Assembly (NCBI GenBank): GCA_010356995.1 | Contig: ML996687.1 | Coordinates: 187,803-251,802 of the forward strand | Direction of reading: 5' to 3' | Length of the DNA: 64,000 nt | Source of the DNA: Trichodelitschia bisporula | Taxonomy: Eukaryota | Shown here: positions 45,050 to 57,318 of the stretch, piece by piece | Layout of the letters: the number at the start of each line of letters is the position of its first letter | Position numbering within the stretch: position 1 is the first letter of the stretch | The notes under the pieces: generated by a model | What the model saw: the letters and a program-made list of their open reading frames with translations, nothing else | Told to the model about the DNA's origin: nothing | The model's database searches: none | Position numbers and translations under genes: made by a program

Positions 45050-48000
45050 TCAGTTATAGAACCCAGTCGACCAAGGGAAGCGCTTCTTCCCCCCTCCACC
45101 ACTAGGCTCGAGCTGCAAACTGCGGTCCCAGAGCCACTGCACCAGTCAGCCTTATCCCAAAAACCTCAACCCGGGAAGATACTCACATCCTCATCCCTCA
45201 CAACCGCCGTCTCCACCACCAAAACCCTAACCTCCTCACACGCCTTGAACTGCGGATACGGCACCCCCTGCGCCCTCTGAATCCCCACAATAACCTCGCC
45301 CACAACCTCAAACTTGCGCCAATTAACCCTCGCTTTCGGATCTACGACTCCCCTCGCCCATCTCTCCTCTTCCCTCCCCCCATCCTCAAGTCCAATAAAC
45401 GTGCGATTCCCCTCCTCCGCCGACACCAAATCGCGTTTATGAAGCGGGATGTACGGAATCCGTGGTCCGGAAGTATTCTCCCACGCCAACCGATACGCAG
45501 CATGACTCTTCGTCGCACTCATCAATATCTCCAACTTCATAAAATCCCTCCCCGCCGCCACAGGCACCAGGTCCTTACTCGCCTGCAACCTATGCACCGC
45601 AGAGCTATGCAACCCCGCCAACACCGCCCCCAAACTGTTATAATTATTCAACCTCCTCAGCTCCCTCGCAACCCTCATAAACTTCTCCAACATCACAGCG
45701 CGATGCTTCGGCTTCTCCCTCAAGAGCACCAAATTCGCAACCCAAGCCGCAACATGATTAAAATGATCAATCATCCGCTGCACATGCTCGAGCCCCCTGT
45801 ACCGCCCCCTCGCCTCCCCCCTCACACTCACATACCGCACCAAGTCGCGGGGCCGTAACGCGCTAAACAGCGCCCAATCCATGCGCGTCAGCTCCTTGGA
45901 CACGATCTCATCGCTCACATCCACCAGCGCATGCCACTGTACCTTCGTCAGCGGCAGCCTCGGCGTCGGCACCAGACTTCGCGCGACGCGTTGAGCTGCC
46001 GCCACGGCCGCGAGCATAGTCTGGCTGGAGCTGGACGCAGGCGCGAGGCCCGGGGCGCGGGGGACGGGGACGGGGACGCCGGGGTGGGGGACGGGCTGTT
46101 TAGGCGGCGGGGACCCCGCGGCGAGGAGCGCGTGGCGCTCGCGGTTTCTATCGCTGAACGCCCACTCGGTGTCGTCGTCCTCGATCGCGAATTCAAGGTC
46201 GTTGGCTAATTCCTCCGCTGCATGCGCCAGGAGGCGCGCACCGCCGAGGCGGGACACGAACGAGGCCATAGTGCGGCGGGTGGACGGGTGGGCGAAGTCG
46301 CCGGGATAGAGACCGAGCCATTGGGCTAGGATGTTGAGGTAGCGTAGCTTTGTGGCGCTTTTGTTGAGTTTGGGACTGTCGGTGATGGAGAGGGTGTCGA
46401 AGCGCGTGATTATGGAGTCGAGGAGGAGGCTTGGGGCGGCGAATTTGCGGTACAGGGCTAGAAAGACGGAGGCGAATTTGGAATCTGTTTTGGACATGGG
46501 TTGGGCGAGGAGTTTGTCGACGAGCTCGTCGAAGGAGTAGCCGACCTCTGTCGAGGCGGGTTTGTCCACCCGCCGCGCGGGCTCGGCGTCTGACGCGGCT
46601 TCGGGTTCCGAGCCGGCGGAGTCGTAGGCTGCGCGATCGGGCCCATCGGCCACGGGGAGATGTTGCGAAGACTTGGATTTAGCCCCCAGGCGGGGCGGTG
46701 ACGGGGGCGGGTAGTACGGGTCGTCGGAGGGGCGGTGCATGGCTTTGGTTGAGAACTCGGAGTTGGCGCGCGCGTGCTTGTAGGACTGGGGGCGGGGGGA
46801 GATGCGGTGCACGGCGGAGGAGTTGGCGCGGCGCCGGGCGGCGGCGAAGGCGTGGTCTGCGGGTGAGAGCGTAAGTCAGGCCGTGGTGTGGCGGTGGGGA
46901 GGGGCGGGGAATAACAAAACAACGGGGAAGGCGGTATCGAGCCCGCTGCATGTTTCATGCCGCTGGCTGGCGAATGGAGGGGATGGATGGGCTGGGACGG
47001 GCCTGAGGTACTCGGGTGATGGGGCAGAAAGGAAAAGGAATAACATACGGTTTCGCGCCCGGGCCGCGACGATCAGGCGCAGGAGGACGGCTACGCAGCG
47101 CTTCTGGCTGTCGGGCGTGGCTTGTGAGGTCTGGTAGGCTTCGATGTCACCGAGGGAAGCGCGGGCACGCTTCTTAACGCCTGCGGGGTCGACATGGCGA
47201 TGGGCGGGGGGGAAGTCGCATTTACAGGCGACGAGCATCAACGGGAGTGACGCGCGACATATCCCGCCTGGGTGGTAGCACGTCAGCCACCGGGGCCACA
47301 CAGATGGAGACATGTGGAGAGGATAAGAGCATAGACTAACCGAGCGTTTCAGGAACGTTCACCAGGCTTTCTTTGTTCATGACATCGTATAGTGTGAAAA
47401 CGCCGTCGATCGAGGACAGGGATATGCCGTCGAGCTCGCTGGGCCACGCGATGCGCTGCTCGGTGTCCAGATCGTAGTCGTCATCGCCGAGTTCCACGAA
47501 GCGCACGAGATATGTCTTGCCGTCAATCGACATCTTGCGCGACGAGAAGCGCGAGGGCGGCGGCATGCGTAGGTCAAAGGCCAGCTGGATGAAGGTCGTC
47601 TTTCCCACCGACCGGCCCCCCAGCACCGCAATGTTGATTTCTTCCATGCGGGCGCTGTTGTCTGGCCACTGCATAACAGTTTAGCTTATGTCTCGTTTCG
47701 GGTCCTCTATACGAGAGGGACAATCCTCACCATCGGAGAGCGCGGACCCAGCGGGCTCATGGGCTCAGCGCTCGAGTCCGGGCGTGCCTTCATGGCGGAG
47801 GTAGCAGCGGTGCTCGTCGGCGACAAGGGGCCCTCGGTATCCGTCGAGCCGCCCTGGGAGTCGGTAGGCGAGTGCTGGCCGTCGTCTGCAGTGCCCGTCT
47901 GCGAAGTGCTGAGGCGCTGGAAGAAGGGATCGTCGGCAATGCCCTCGTCGTCGCCCGCGTCGGCACCAGCATTATCTTCGTTGCGGGAACGCGCAGTCTT

Positions 48001-48327
48001 CTCCGCGCCAGGCAGGTAAGCCTTCGGAACGAGGGGCGCAGAGTGCGCGCGGTCCTTGAGGCGCGGGCGCGGAGACTTCGTCGCACCGGCGGCGGGGGGA
48101 AGACGCGCAAGTGGTGCGGCGTGGGGGCTGTCGGGCTCATTGGGGTGGGGAGGGGGCAGGGGCGGCGAAGCGTGCGAAGCCCGCGGGGCATTGGCTGGGT
48201 TCTCGCGGCGCGCGGGACGTTGGAGGTACGACTGCGAGCTCTTGGTGCGGTCGCGGCGGTGCGATTTGGAGGCGTCGCTGGCATGGCGTGAGTGTCGGCC
48301 GGGCGAGGCGTCGTCTGGGACTGGCAT
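45050..48327 (-). CDS. RasGEF (REM + CDC25 domain) with an N-terminal Ras-like P-loop domain, multi-exon
   Basis: Exons match ORFs 47707-48327, 47336-47674, part of 46876-47313 and 45166-46812, plus a last exon WLWDRSLQLEP..FYN*. CDC25 motifs ELTRMDW..HFN..LNNYNSL.AVLAGL..IPYIPL..RDL. Confidence 0.88.
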
Positions 48328-51089
48328 CGCGAGGGGACGGCGCCTGCGCGCCGGGGCGGGTGGAGTTCGATTCGATGGGCTTTGGGCCGCTTCGTGCGAC
48401 GTCACGATGCGGTGCGCGGGGCGGAGGGGATTTTGCGCGGCCGGGTGCCTCTGGCGATGCTAGTTGCACGGCAGCTCGCAGACATTGAGCTTTGAGCGGT
48501 TGGGAGGGGATCGAGGCGGGTGGGAGGTGGATGAAAACTGTGACAAGGGAGGAATTGAGAGCAGAGGAGGGGTCGAAACTAGACGGGGAGAAAGGCCATG
48601 GAGGAAGATTCTGAAAGGGAGGAGTCAAAAGAGAGAAGAAAGACTGGGTATGGGAGGAGAGGCGGAGTATGTATGGGGAAAGTTCAAGGTGAATGCAAAG
48701 GATGGGCTCGAGACGATTGACGACTTCTGAGAGGACCGCACATCAAAAGGTCCAGAATGTCTTCGACGGTCAAGATGTCGACAACGCCTCACGAGCAATT
48801 GGCGTCTTTTGGCGCTGCTCGGGCGCTGTCCCGCACTTGTTTGAAGCCTGTCCCGGGGGGGCTTGTTGGCTCGGAGGCTGTCCAGCCCATCAATAGGGCG
48901 AAGCTATTGAGTAGTGACAGAAAAGACCCGCGAGATGTGCGGCGTGAGGGGCTGTCCAGCCTGACACCATGCTCTTCCTCATATCCCATACCCATACTCC
49001 GTACAGTAACCTCCAAGTGACAACCCCCTCTCCCCCTTGTGGCAGGCCGGGCAGACCAACCGGCCGTAGGGGCATCATTTAGTGGGGTTGCCCCGGGATG
49101 GGGGCGGGGAAGCACATGAGGGAGTACATGAGAACCAAACGCTTCGAAGATGTCATTGCAGCTTCAACCACGTTGATGATCCCCTATTGCTAGCAGCAAG
49201 TTCTCCACTCTCCCCTGGCCCCATCATGGCCTGTACCGTGGTACGTACATTAGTCTGCAAGCTGCTGAGTACCTCCGTACGTTGCGTATTGCTTGGGGGC
49301 CATCACGAGCCGTCAAGCCGCTGGTGAGCCTCTAGGACACGGTGACTTTTGCTCTGTTCTCGTCCCTCATTCGCTACACTTCGTCCTTTCACGCTGCAGG
49401 CACTCCCACCGAGCCGGAAATGCGCTGCGCGCCTATGCTGCTGCAATCTTCGCAGACCTGCAGCTTCAGCGTCTCCCATTTGGGAAGACTCAACCTTTGC
49501 CTACCGAGGGGTCCTTGTCCCCCGAGCCAGTTTTCGCGGGGGTGAGATGCGGGGGACCTTGAGCATGCAGTTGCATCCCCCATCAGTCACGCTGTTCGCT
49601 GCGTCCTCGGACAGCCAGCACTTCTCGTTCTGTCGTCAGCAATTGCTCTGCCACGGCAACCAGCAGCTAAAGTCGCTAGCAATGGGTTTGATCGTCAATG
49701 TACGTCGAGACGCAGGAAAGCAAGGTACGGGGCTTCCGGATCCGGCGGCCTCAAATCACGCACGACAGCTTATTCCCCCACATCGTACATCGCACCATTG
49801 AATCCTTCAGGATAGGGATCCGTGAGTGAGCCGCTCATCGGCCTGCTCCTATCGTCCCGTCTGACCTGATCGCGCTGGAGTCTCGATTGGCTCTCGGCCA
49901 CGGGCCGCGAAATCACATCCGCGAGCCCCTTTGGGCAACCTGGTTCCAGAGCACGACCATCACACAGAGAACCAACATACACCCGGAGCTCCCATAGGGT
50001 CGCCAGTATGATTTTGAGCGCCACCTAGGTTTCGGGGCGAATAGGTTCATCCGCCAGTTCTTTGCGGTGGACAAAGCGTGATTTTATCTCAGCGACGCAG
50101 CTTGAATGGAACGGGATCTCTATTGCGCTTTTTAATTGGCGACCATATCCGCCAATGCACCGAGCCTTTCCACATGGCTCCACCATCTGTTCCGGACAGT
50201 TGTCGAGTTGCTAGACATCTTGAAGTTAGCTGTCTGTCCTTCGCTAAATTTTCAACAAGAATTTTTCAGATCAAAATGCAGTGTGGGGTTCAGACAGCAG
50301 TTGGAAAATTCCTGTCCACACGGAGAATTCTGGCGAATTGTGTGAATTGTTTTTCATCATGTGCGATAAGATAAGAGCAAAAGATAGGAAGGATTTGGTG
50401 ATGCTTACTTTGGGGCGAAGGCAGGATTGCGATACTTCCTCGATCTTGGCTAATGTGCTTCTGCACGGCGAAGCCGACTCCACAGCGGCCTGTTCGTGGC
50501 AGTGTGGGGAATAGCGCTCAAGCCGGTGAAGCTCGGCAAGGCTGTAAGGAGATATTGGGATTTGGGAGAAGCGAAGAAATGAGTGAGTGCGATGCACTTA
50601 GCGCAGAAACCAGCATTCGGAAGGCGGACCGAAGTGAGGCTTCCTTTGCAATAAATCCAACACGGCTCGGCTCAGCTAACGTGTTCATCTTGAGGATAGC
50701 GACACTCGGTCAAGACCTAGCTGGTTTAGGTAACAGGATGCGGCTCTCCGTTCCTAGGATCCGTCAGTATGCATCCGAATCCATTCCATATATCGTATGC
50801 CGTGCTTGGAGGGCAACGAAAACAGCGGTCACGATGACAACTGGATTCGACCTTCGACGTGTACAATGCAGGGGTGAAGGAAGGCTATTGAGAACGAGGG
50901 GGTGCCTATGACTCGTAGAAGATCAGTCGCTTTGCCATCCTGTCACTCCCACGGAAAGAGGACACTTAAGAAAAAGAGATCGCGAGCCCCGTTACCCCGC
51001 CATCGATGAAGCAGAACATCGCTGCGAGACGCTCTCGTTCGGCGAATTCGGCTAAGAAGACAGCGAGGAGGATTACAATGTCGTAGTTA

Positions 51090-52050
51090 ACAGAACCGTC
51101 AAGCGATTGGAGATGGCAGGCGGGGATCGCTCTCCTTGTCATGGGCATGGGCATGCAGAGCGCAGAATGCAGAAGTCGAGGCGGATATGGAGGGAGATGA
51201 GGGGGCAGGGGCGGGGAGCTCCGATACCCCGCACTTTTGCCTCCAAGCGCACTCGACGAGGCGGATCGGCGGTCCAAGCTCCGGAGCTTCGAGCTGCCAC
51301 GTCGAGGCCGCGTCCATTACCTCACCAGAACCATAGGCGGCACAGAAGTGTTTGGATTCCTTTCTTAAGCACATATTTTTCAATTTCCCCTCTTCATGTT
51401 CTCCCACAACCCGCTTTCTTTGCTTAGCTTCTTCACTGCAGGCATATTCTCCTGACTTTACTCCATGAGCTTCGTATATGTGCGGAATACGACTCTTCCT
51501 AGGGACTTGGCCGTTTCTAGCCGTCAGCGGACCTCATCCGAACGATGAAGGTTGGAGGTCCTCTCGTCTCAAGGCCGAATGCTGACATACTAGTTGCTGA
51601 TCTGATCGCTGTCACCGAACATATTTCTCTCTCAATGTCTTCATGTGCTGCCTGCTGGAAGTAGGCGTCAATGACCCGCCGGACTTTCAGTGCGCGCTTG
51701 ATCATTTGGTATATTGAATTCCAGTACACGCCGCCGTCGGAGACGGAGCGGCGCACGACTACCGCCTCATTTCCGACAGCGACGCACACTGGAATTCAGC
51801 CTACGAAATGATCAAGCGTGCACTGAAGGTCCAGTGAGCCACAGACACGGCTAGCAGATCCATCGCAATCTTGCTGAGAACCAACAACTCACTGCGTTCT
51901 TCTAGCCACCGCGTGATGGGCTCGAAGTGTCTGTCGGTCTTTAGGACATACGGGGTCTTCAGGTACCGCTCGAATTCGTGGCTGTCATCGTCCTCGACGT
52001 CTGAAGCGGCCGGGATATTGAGCCATAGCGCGACCTGGCCTCTGAGTTGG
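51090..52050 (-). mobile_element. Degenerate, rearranged hAT-family DNA transposase relic(s)
   Basis: Fragments WNSIYQMIKRALKVRRVIDAYF (hAT TRWNS motif) and EFERYL..EPITRWLEERSELLVLSKIAMDLLAVS (hAT C-terminal dimerisation domain); no intact ORF. Confidence 0.75.
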
Positions 52051-52696
52051 TGGACCAAGATGCTTGCGCTGAAAGAGAGACGGAAGTGTACGGCACTAGC
52101 TGTCAGTAACTGACTCCGCTGAAACCGGGTAGGATGGCGAAGACGGAGAGCTTCCGTAAGCACAAGCGTTATACCTCCCGTGTTTTGTGTGTGTTAACTT
52201 CCAGCAGCTGAAGGACCTGCGGTTGGCGTCGGTGACATGCCCGGATTCCTAGAGGGTCATGCCTAGTTCAGGGCCGCTAAGCGCTCGAGTATTCTCAGTC
52301 GAATTCCGAGGCTGAGGACTCTACCCAAAAAGATCAAGGGCACAGCCCACGGAGAAGTGACGGCCAACTACTTCGCTGCGGGATGCTGAGGGCACAGACC
52401 GCGACGCTAGACCATGTCCTGGTAAGTGAGGGAAAGCGAGAAGGAAGATGCACACATTTGGTTTTCTCTTTTCGAAGAATCAATCTTTGGGGCTGGGATT
52501 CTCACTTTGGCTGGCTTTTCTGGTCCGTTTCTTCGTGGTATTTGAGCTGTATCTTGGTTGACACCAGTAACTTTGGATGTCCGCCCAACTGTTCCGCAGC
52601 ACACGACAGTTGGTCACAAGATTCGCTAATCTCTCTTCATGCTTCAATTGAACACTTGAAATGTGGCTACCCACGATGCGTATCCCGATCTCCCCT

Positions 52697-53727
52697 TCAG
52701 CCCTTCCACACAGCCGGTCCAGGAGAAATATACTTCAGCGGCTGCTGCCAAATCGTAATAAGAATGCCGGGATCCCTACACACGTCAACACACCGTCCCA
52801 CAACTAACCGTAAAGGGCACTTACGTCGGCTTGTACGCCCCCGGAAACTTAACACCGGCAGGCAGACTCTTGTCCCCGCCCTGCACTACCTTGACTGGCA
52901 CGCGAAACACATTAGCACCGCTCATCAGCCAATCGGTATGTCAATGGGATGCGAACCTTGGTAACAGCTCATGTAGAACTGCGCTCCGTTTTCTCCGCCC
53001 GCGGTATGCAGTGCCACGGCTTCGGCGCGCACGAGGTAGTTCCCCGCTTTGAGGCTCTTGGGGACTGGGTACGTTAGCTGATGCATTATATAGTGCGGCT
53101 GGGATGAGGCTACCAGTGAAGGCCTTCTTCCCGCAGTTCTTATTCATTTTCTCCTACACGCGGCGTTAGTCGTATCCCGCACGTCACTCGAGGGCGCCAT
53201 ACGGTTCCCCATGAATCATCCGTCCCCGCATACGAGTCTTCGGCGACCTTGACCCACGAGCAGTCGCCGTTCGCCGTCGTGGCGTCAGGCACTGCGCACA
53301 TACTATTATCGCGGGCGATTAGTTCGGGCTGGGGTGGGCGGGTGCGAGGGGAACGCACTATACCATGACGGGCCCGTAGTGCCGCCCGCCGATGGCTTCG
53401 TTTCCACACTTGCGGTCGCCGGGCTGCTGGTGCATCTCGACGGTCAGAGTATCACCAGCTGGTGGAGATGTTAGCTCTAAGTCTCCGCGGGATTTCCGAG
53501 GGGGGCGGATGGGATCTTGTACAGTTGATGGAGCAGACGCCGGGCACGCCTGTGGCGCCGCCGACGTTGCAGCGCATGTCGGGCGAGTTGACGTTTGATA
53601 GCGGGCTGTTGGACTTGGGCATGCGGATGCATTTGCTGCCTTGGTCTTCTTTGTTGACCCAGAGCTCTTGGAAGATGGCGTGGGCGGAGACGGTGCCCAG
53701 GAGGGTGAGGAGGGTGAGGGATCTCAT
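52697..53727 (-). CDS. AA9 lytic polysaccharide monooxygenase (GH61), multi-exon
   Basis: Signal peptide followed by His1 (SA|HAIFQELWVN); DMRCN, VEMHQQPGDR..AIGGRHYGPV, GNYLVRAEAVALHTA..GAQFYMSCYQ, VKFPGAY; ends PGPAVWKG*. No CBM1. Confidence 0.96.
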
Positions 53728-54412
53728 GGCGGCGATGGCTTCTCGGAGCAGATGCAGACTAATGCAAAAACGCTAAAAGAAGACAGAAAGTGAGAAGGAA
53801 GAAATAAGTGGAGGCGAAGGCAGATACATCGTGACAAGTACTAGGCGGGAACTTCTACTTTTGGTAGCCGGCCGCTTCATCTATCGTGATCAGCGGACGA
53901 AGATGCTAGCTTTGCGTTAGATCTAGTTGATGGAAAATATCCTATTGGGATACGGATATTGCGCCAGAGGACGGGGATCATGGTGAGATCTGTTCCACAT
54001 GTTGTAGCGCATATATTGCTCGCCTGTTGTGGTCTGCTTTGCGGAGGGCTTGTGGCCGATTTCCGGAGAATTAGCTCTGGATAGCTGCCCCATTTAGCCA
54101 CGGAATAGCTTGTCTGATAAAGCTATGCGCACGAGGAATGGAATGAATATGAAACGGAGCGAGATGGATCCGGCCTAGCAGCTGTTCTGACTTGACATGT
54201 GACGTAGCTGCGCAGTCCTCAGCCTTTAGCGCTCATGTTCCCATACGAGTACAGTCTTCATGGAAGCAAAAAAATGCAACTCGTTTGGCCAACCGATGCC
54301 ATATCGCTTTCTCGGACTGAATATGGCCTCGGGCCGCGTGGCACCATTGCGTGGCCTAGCATCCGGAATTCCCGCACCAACCTCCAGTTCCCCAACCTGA
54401 GGAGCCAAAAGC

Positions 54413-55622
54413 CTACTGAGCGGATGCACGCTTGCCCGTGCCGCATTTCCAGTTTGGAGAATTCCGATAGATGGTGAACTTGTCATCGGCCGTGTCTCCG
54501 ATGCTGAGCTTGTCGCCGTATTGCCAGTACATGTCACCAGCCATCCCGGGGGTCTGAGACGACAACCGCTGCCAGCCTTCCAGAGTCGGACACTTGTCGG
54601 TGTCCATCATGCCATACTCCTCGAATACACAGGGCTTCTTCGCAGCGATGCACGCCTTAGCGTGATTTTGGATCCAGGTGTTCCCCCAAGCAGCGTCAAT
54701 GCCCCCTTCAATCGATGCCATCAGAGATATCTACAGATACGATGGGATGCGGAAACTCACAGTGGTCGGGGTACAAGTGGAAAGTTCCAAAGTCGATATC
54801 CGGAATCTCGACGAGCGCCTTGAAATCACCACCGTCGACCGACAAGTACGGGGTGGCGCCATCGCCGCCAGCGATCCCGAACCCCTCGTCCCCAGCCGCA
54901 ACCATGTGGTGGGGATCCAAGCTCTTGATGTATTTGCTCGTCTTCGCGGCCCACTCCGCGATGACCGTAGTGTTGCAGCCCTGACAGCGCGGCTCATTCG
55001 CGAGTTCCCAAGCAAAGATGGCACTCGAGTTGATTCGTCTTGAAATGACGGCTTTGATGTACTTCCGGTATTGAACTTGAGCGGGCTCGGATCCATACCA
55101 CTCCGACGGTAGAGACCCTCCGTAATGCCGCACGTATTGTGCCATACCTCCATAGTCCTCCCAGTTGTTCACGAAAGGAATAATGAGCTTTATGCCGCGC
55201 TTCTCAGCAGCATCGATAACATAATCGAGCTTCTGGAGCCCGTCGGGTCCGGTGTTAATGACGGGCTCAGAGCCGGTGATGAAGGACTGAAACCAAACGG
55301 TGCCTGAAGCCTATCAGATTGATGTTCGCAGGTTGCTACTCTTCCTGATTACGAAACCTTTTGTGGGAATTGATCCGACGTCGTTGAAGCCCCAAACTCG
55401 GACAACCTTGAGGTTGGCTTCGGCCATGTGATCCAACGTCAAATCGATGTCCTCGCTTTTGGCCAGGAAGGGAAGCCAGTAGGCATTTGTTCCTCTGAAG
55501 TATTCGGTCTTCCCGTCGATGTTGAACTTGAACCCATCGACACGAGGGAAGTTTGAATGACTGCCATTGAATAACCGAGCGGCAACGGCCGTCGCGAGAG
55601 AGAGGAAAACGGCGGACTTCAT
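54413..55622 (-). CDS. GH5 endo-beta-1,4-mannanase, multi-exon; 3' end uncertain
   Basis: Signal peptide; [38 protein letters not shown] (acid/base Glu), [18 protein letters not shown] (nucleophile) and DMYWQYG. Confidence 0.95.
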
Positions 55623-57318
55623 GACAAGTTGCTACCGCCTTTCGTCACTCAGTAGAACGAGCGGACTGAAGCTTTTGGCAGAGCGCTCAGAAATTCTTCA
55701 GCTCTCAGTGGAGGCCCGACGGCTTGCAATATACAGGGCAGATTGCAGAAGCGGAGCAAATCTGGAGATGCTCCGCTCGAGCTACAATTGTTAGTTTGCA
55801 ATATATTGACTAAGTCTAATAGGACTCGGCGAAGAGGATAGACCGGCCAGGCACAAATGGAAGATTTGGCCAGGTTGCTGAGCTTAACTATATTTAATTT
55901 CATATTTCGTGGAGTTGACTGGGCGGATCTAGGCTTTGAGGTCAGTGAGGTGCGGATACGAAGCGGCCGGCAGTGAGACAGATGACCATTGGTTCGACAC
56001 TCCAGACTAACAAAGCTTTGGCCTCGAGCACTTTGAGAGAGTCACGAACGACTAGAATTAAGGATCCAGAGGCACATATATAGGAGAGTAAGCCCATGCC
56101 AAGATGCTGTCAAGAGTACCCGATCCAGAGCTGAAGCCGCGTATGTACGACGTCACCACAGAAAGAACGCTGTGCTGACATTCGCTTGATACGTTGACAA
56201 CAGGTCGGAGATATGAAGCCTAGAATCTGAACTTCTTCAGGTGTTCTGCTGCGACTTCTATGGTGACTCTTGGGTGAGGTGGATCGAGCCTTTGGGGTAC
56301 TGTACGGGTACTGATGAACGCGCTCTGGTTTAATAGCCTTAAGAAGGGGCTCTTTCTTGGAGTCCTTCGATGCATGGCGCCGCAAGAAGTAGCCCCATAG
56401 TCCTTGTCTGATATTCACGTAAGGCAAAGGTGCTCCTATTGGCATTGCGATTGGAAGTATCAAACTGCGGGAGGGTTGAAAAGCTGCCTTGCCAGGGTGA
56501 AGACGAATGGCGAGGTGTAAAGCAAAGCAAAAGAGAATGGCAACATGATAGAGTTGGACGCTGGCTTAGTTATAAGTGAGGTTTTAGGGCCGGAGGTGTG
56601 TGCGTCGCGACGTGTTGGCTCATCAGCTGTGATGGCATGACCCTGTGAGACGTCCGAATGCAGCCATGGATGGTGGAACTTCCGTCATGGAATATTCAGG
56701 ACGCTTGTCGCCTCAGGCGTCATTTCGGCGTTGAGGGCGGGGAAGCTACCGTAAGGCATCATTGTATGATCCGTGCGCAGCAGGCCCGCGAAACCTTGGC
56801 GTCCAGTGGTACGGAAACCTCAGTCGAGCTTGGTGGGAAAGGTCAAACCTCACTGATTCATCATCATCGACAACTCACCTCGGTGCTTGTGTAGCAAAAC
56901 TAACACTGCCTTGCTACTACACCCGCAAGTCACCACATACCACTTCCGGCAGAAAAACGCTGCACCGTTTCTCTGCTAGACACCCATCCTCCGCGCCTCC
57001 AGAATCCGATTCCCCTCCTCCCCATCTGCACTGATCGACGTCCACCAACTTCCGTTCTCCCGACTTCCAGGCGCTTTACGACACAGAATACAGAGGTCTG
57101 AGTGCCTAAAGGCCTCTCGAAGCTCCGGGCAAATCAGGCAGACACCTTATTAGTGACTACTGGTCTACAGCCTCGGATCCAGAAGCGACTTGCAACCTGT
57201 TACTGTCTGTCACATCAAGTTTTTCACTTCCGGAAGCCTACGCATACGAGGTGCAACATCTTCCTAGGGGCGGCCTTTCGGGTCGAGGAAGGGCTTCCTT
57301 CCATCAAGAGGAGTAGCA

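Noticed and set aside
45223..45232. AACCCTAACC telomere-like match
   Set aside because: Lies within the RasGEF coding exon (antisense) and is shorter than the 5782 match. Other CCTAACC hits, such as ~28709, are intron branch points.
55920..56005. GGTTCGA T-loop-like motif suggesting a tRNA
   Set aside because: No acceptor, D or anticodon stems could be built.
56110..56463. 117-aa ORF divergent from TOM1
   Set aside because: No recognisable motif or splice support; cannot be distinguished from a chance ORF.
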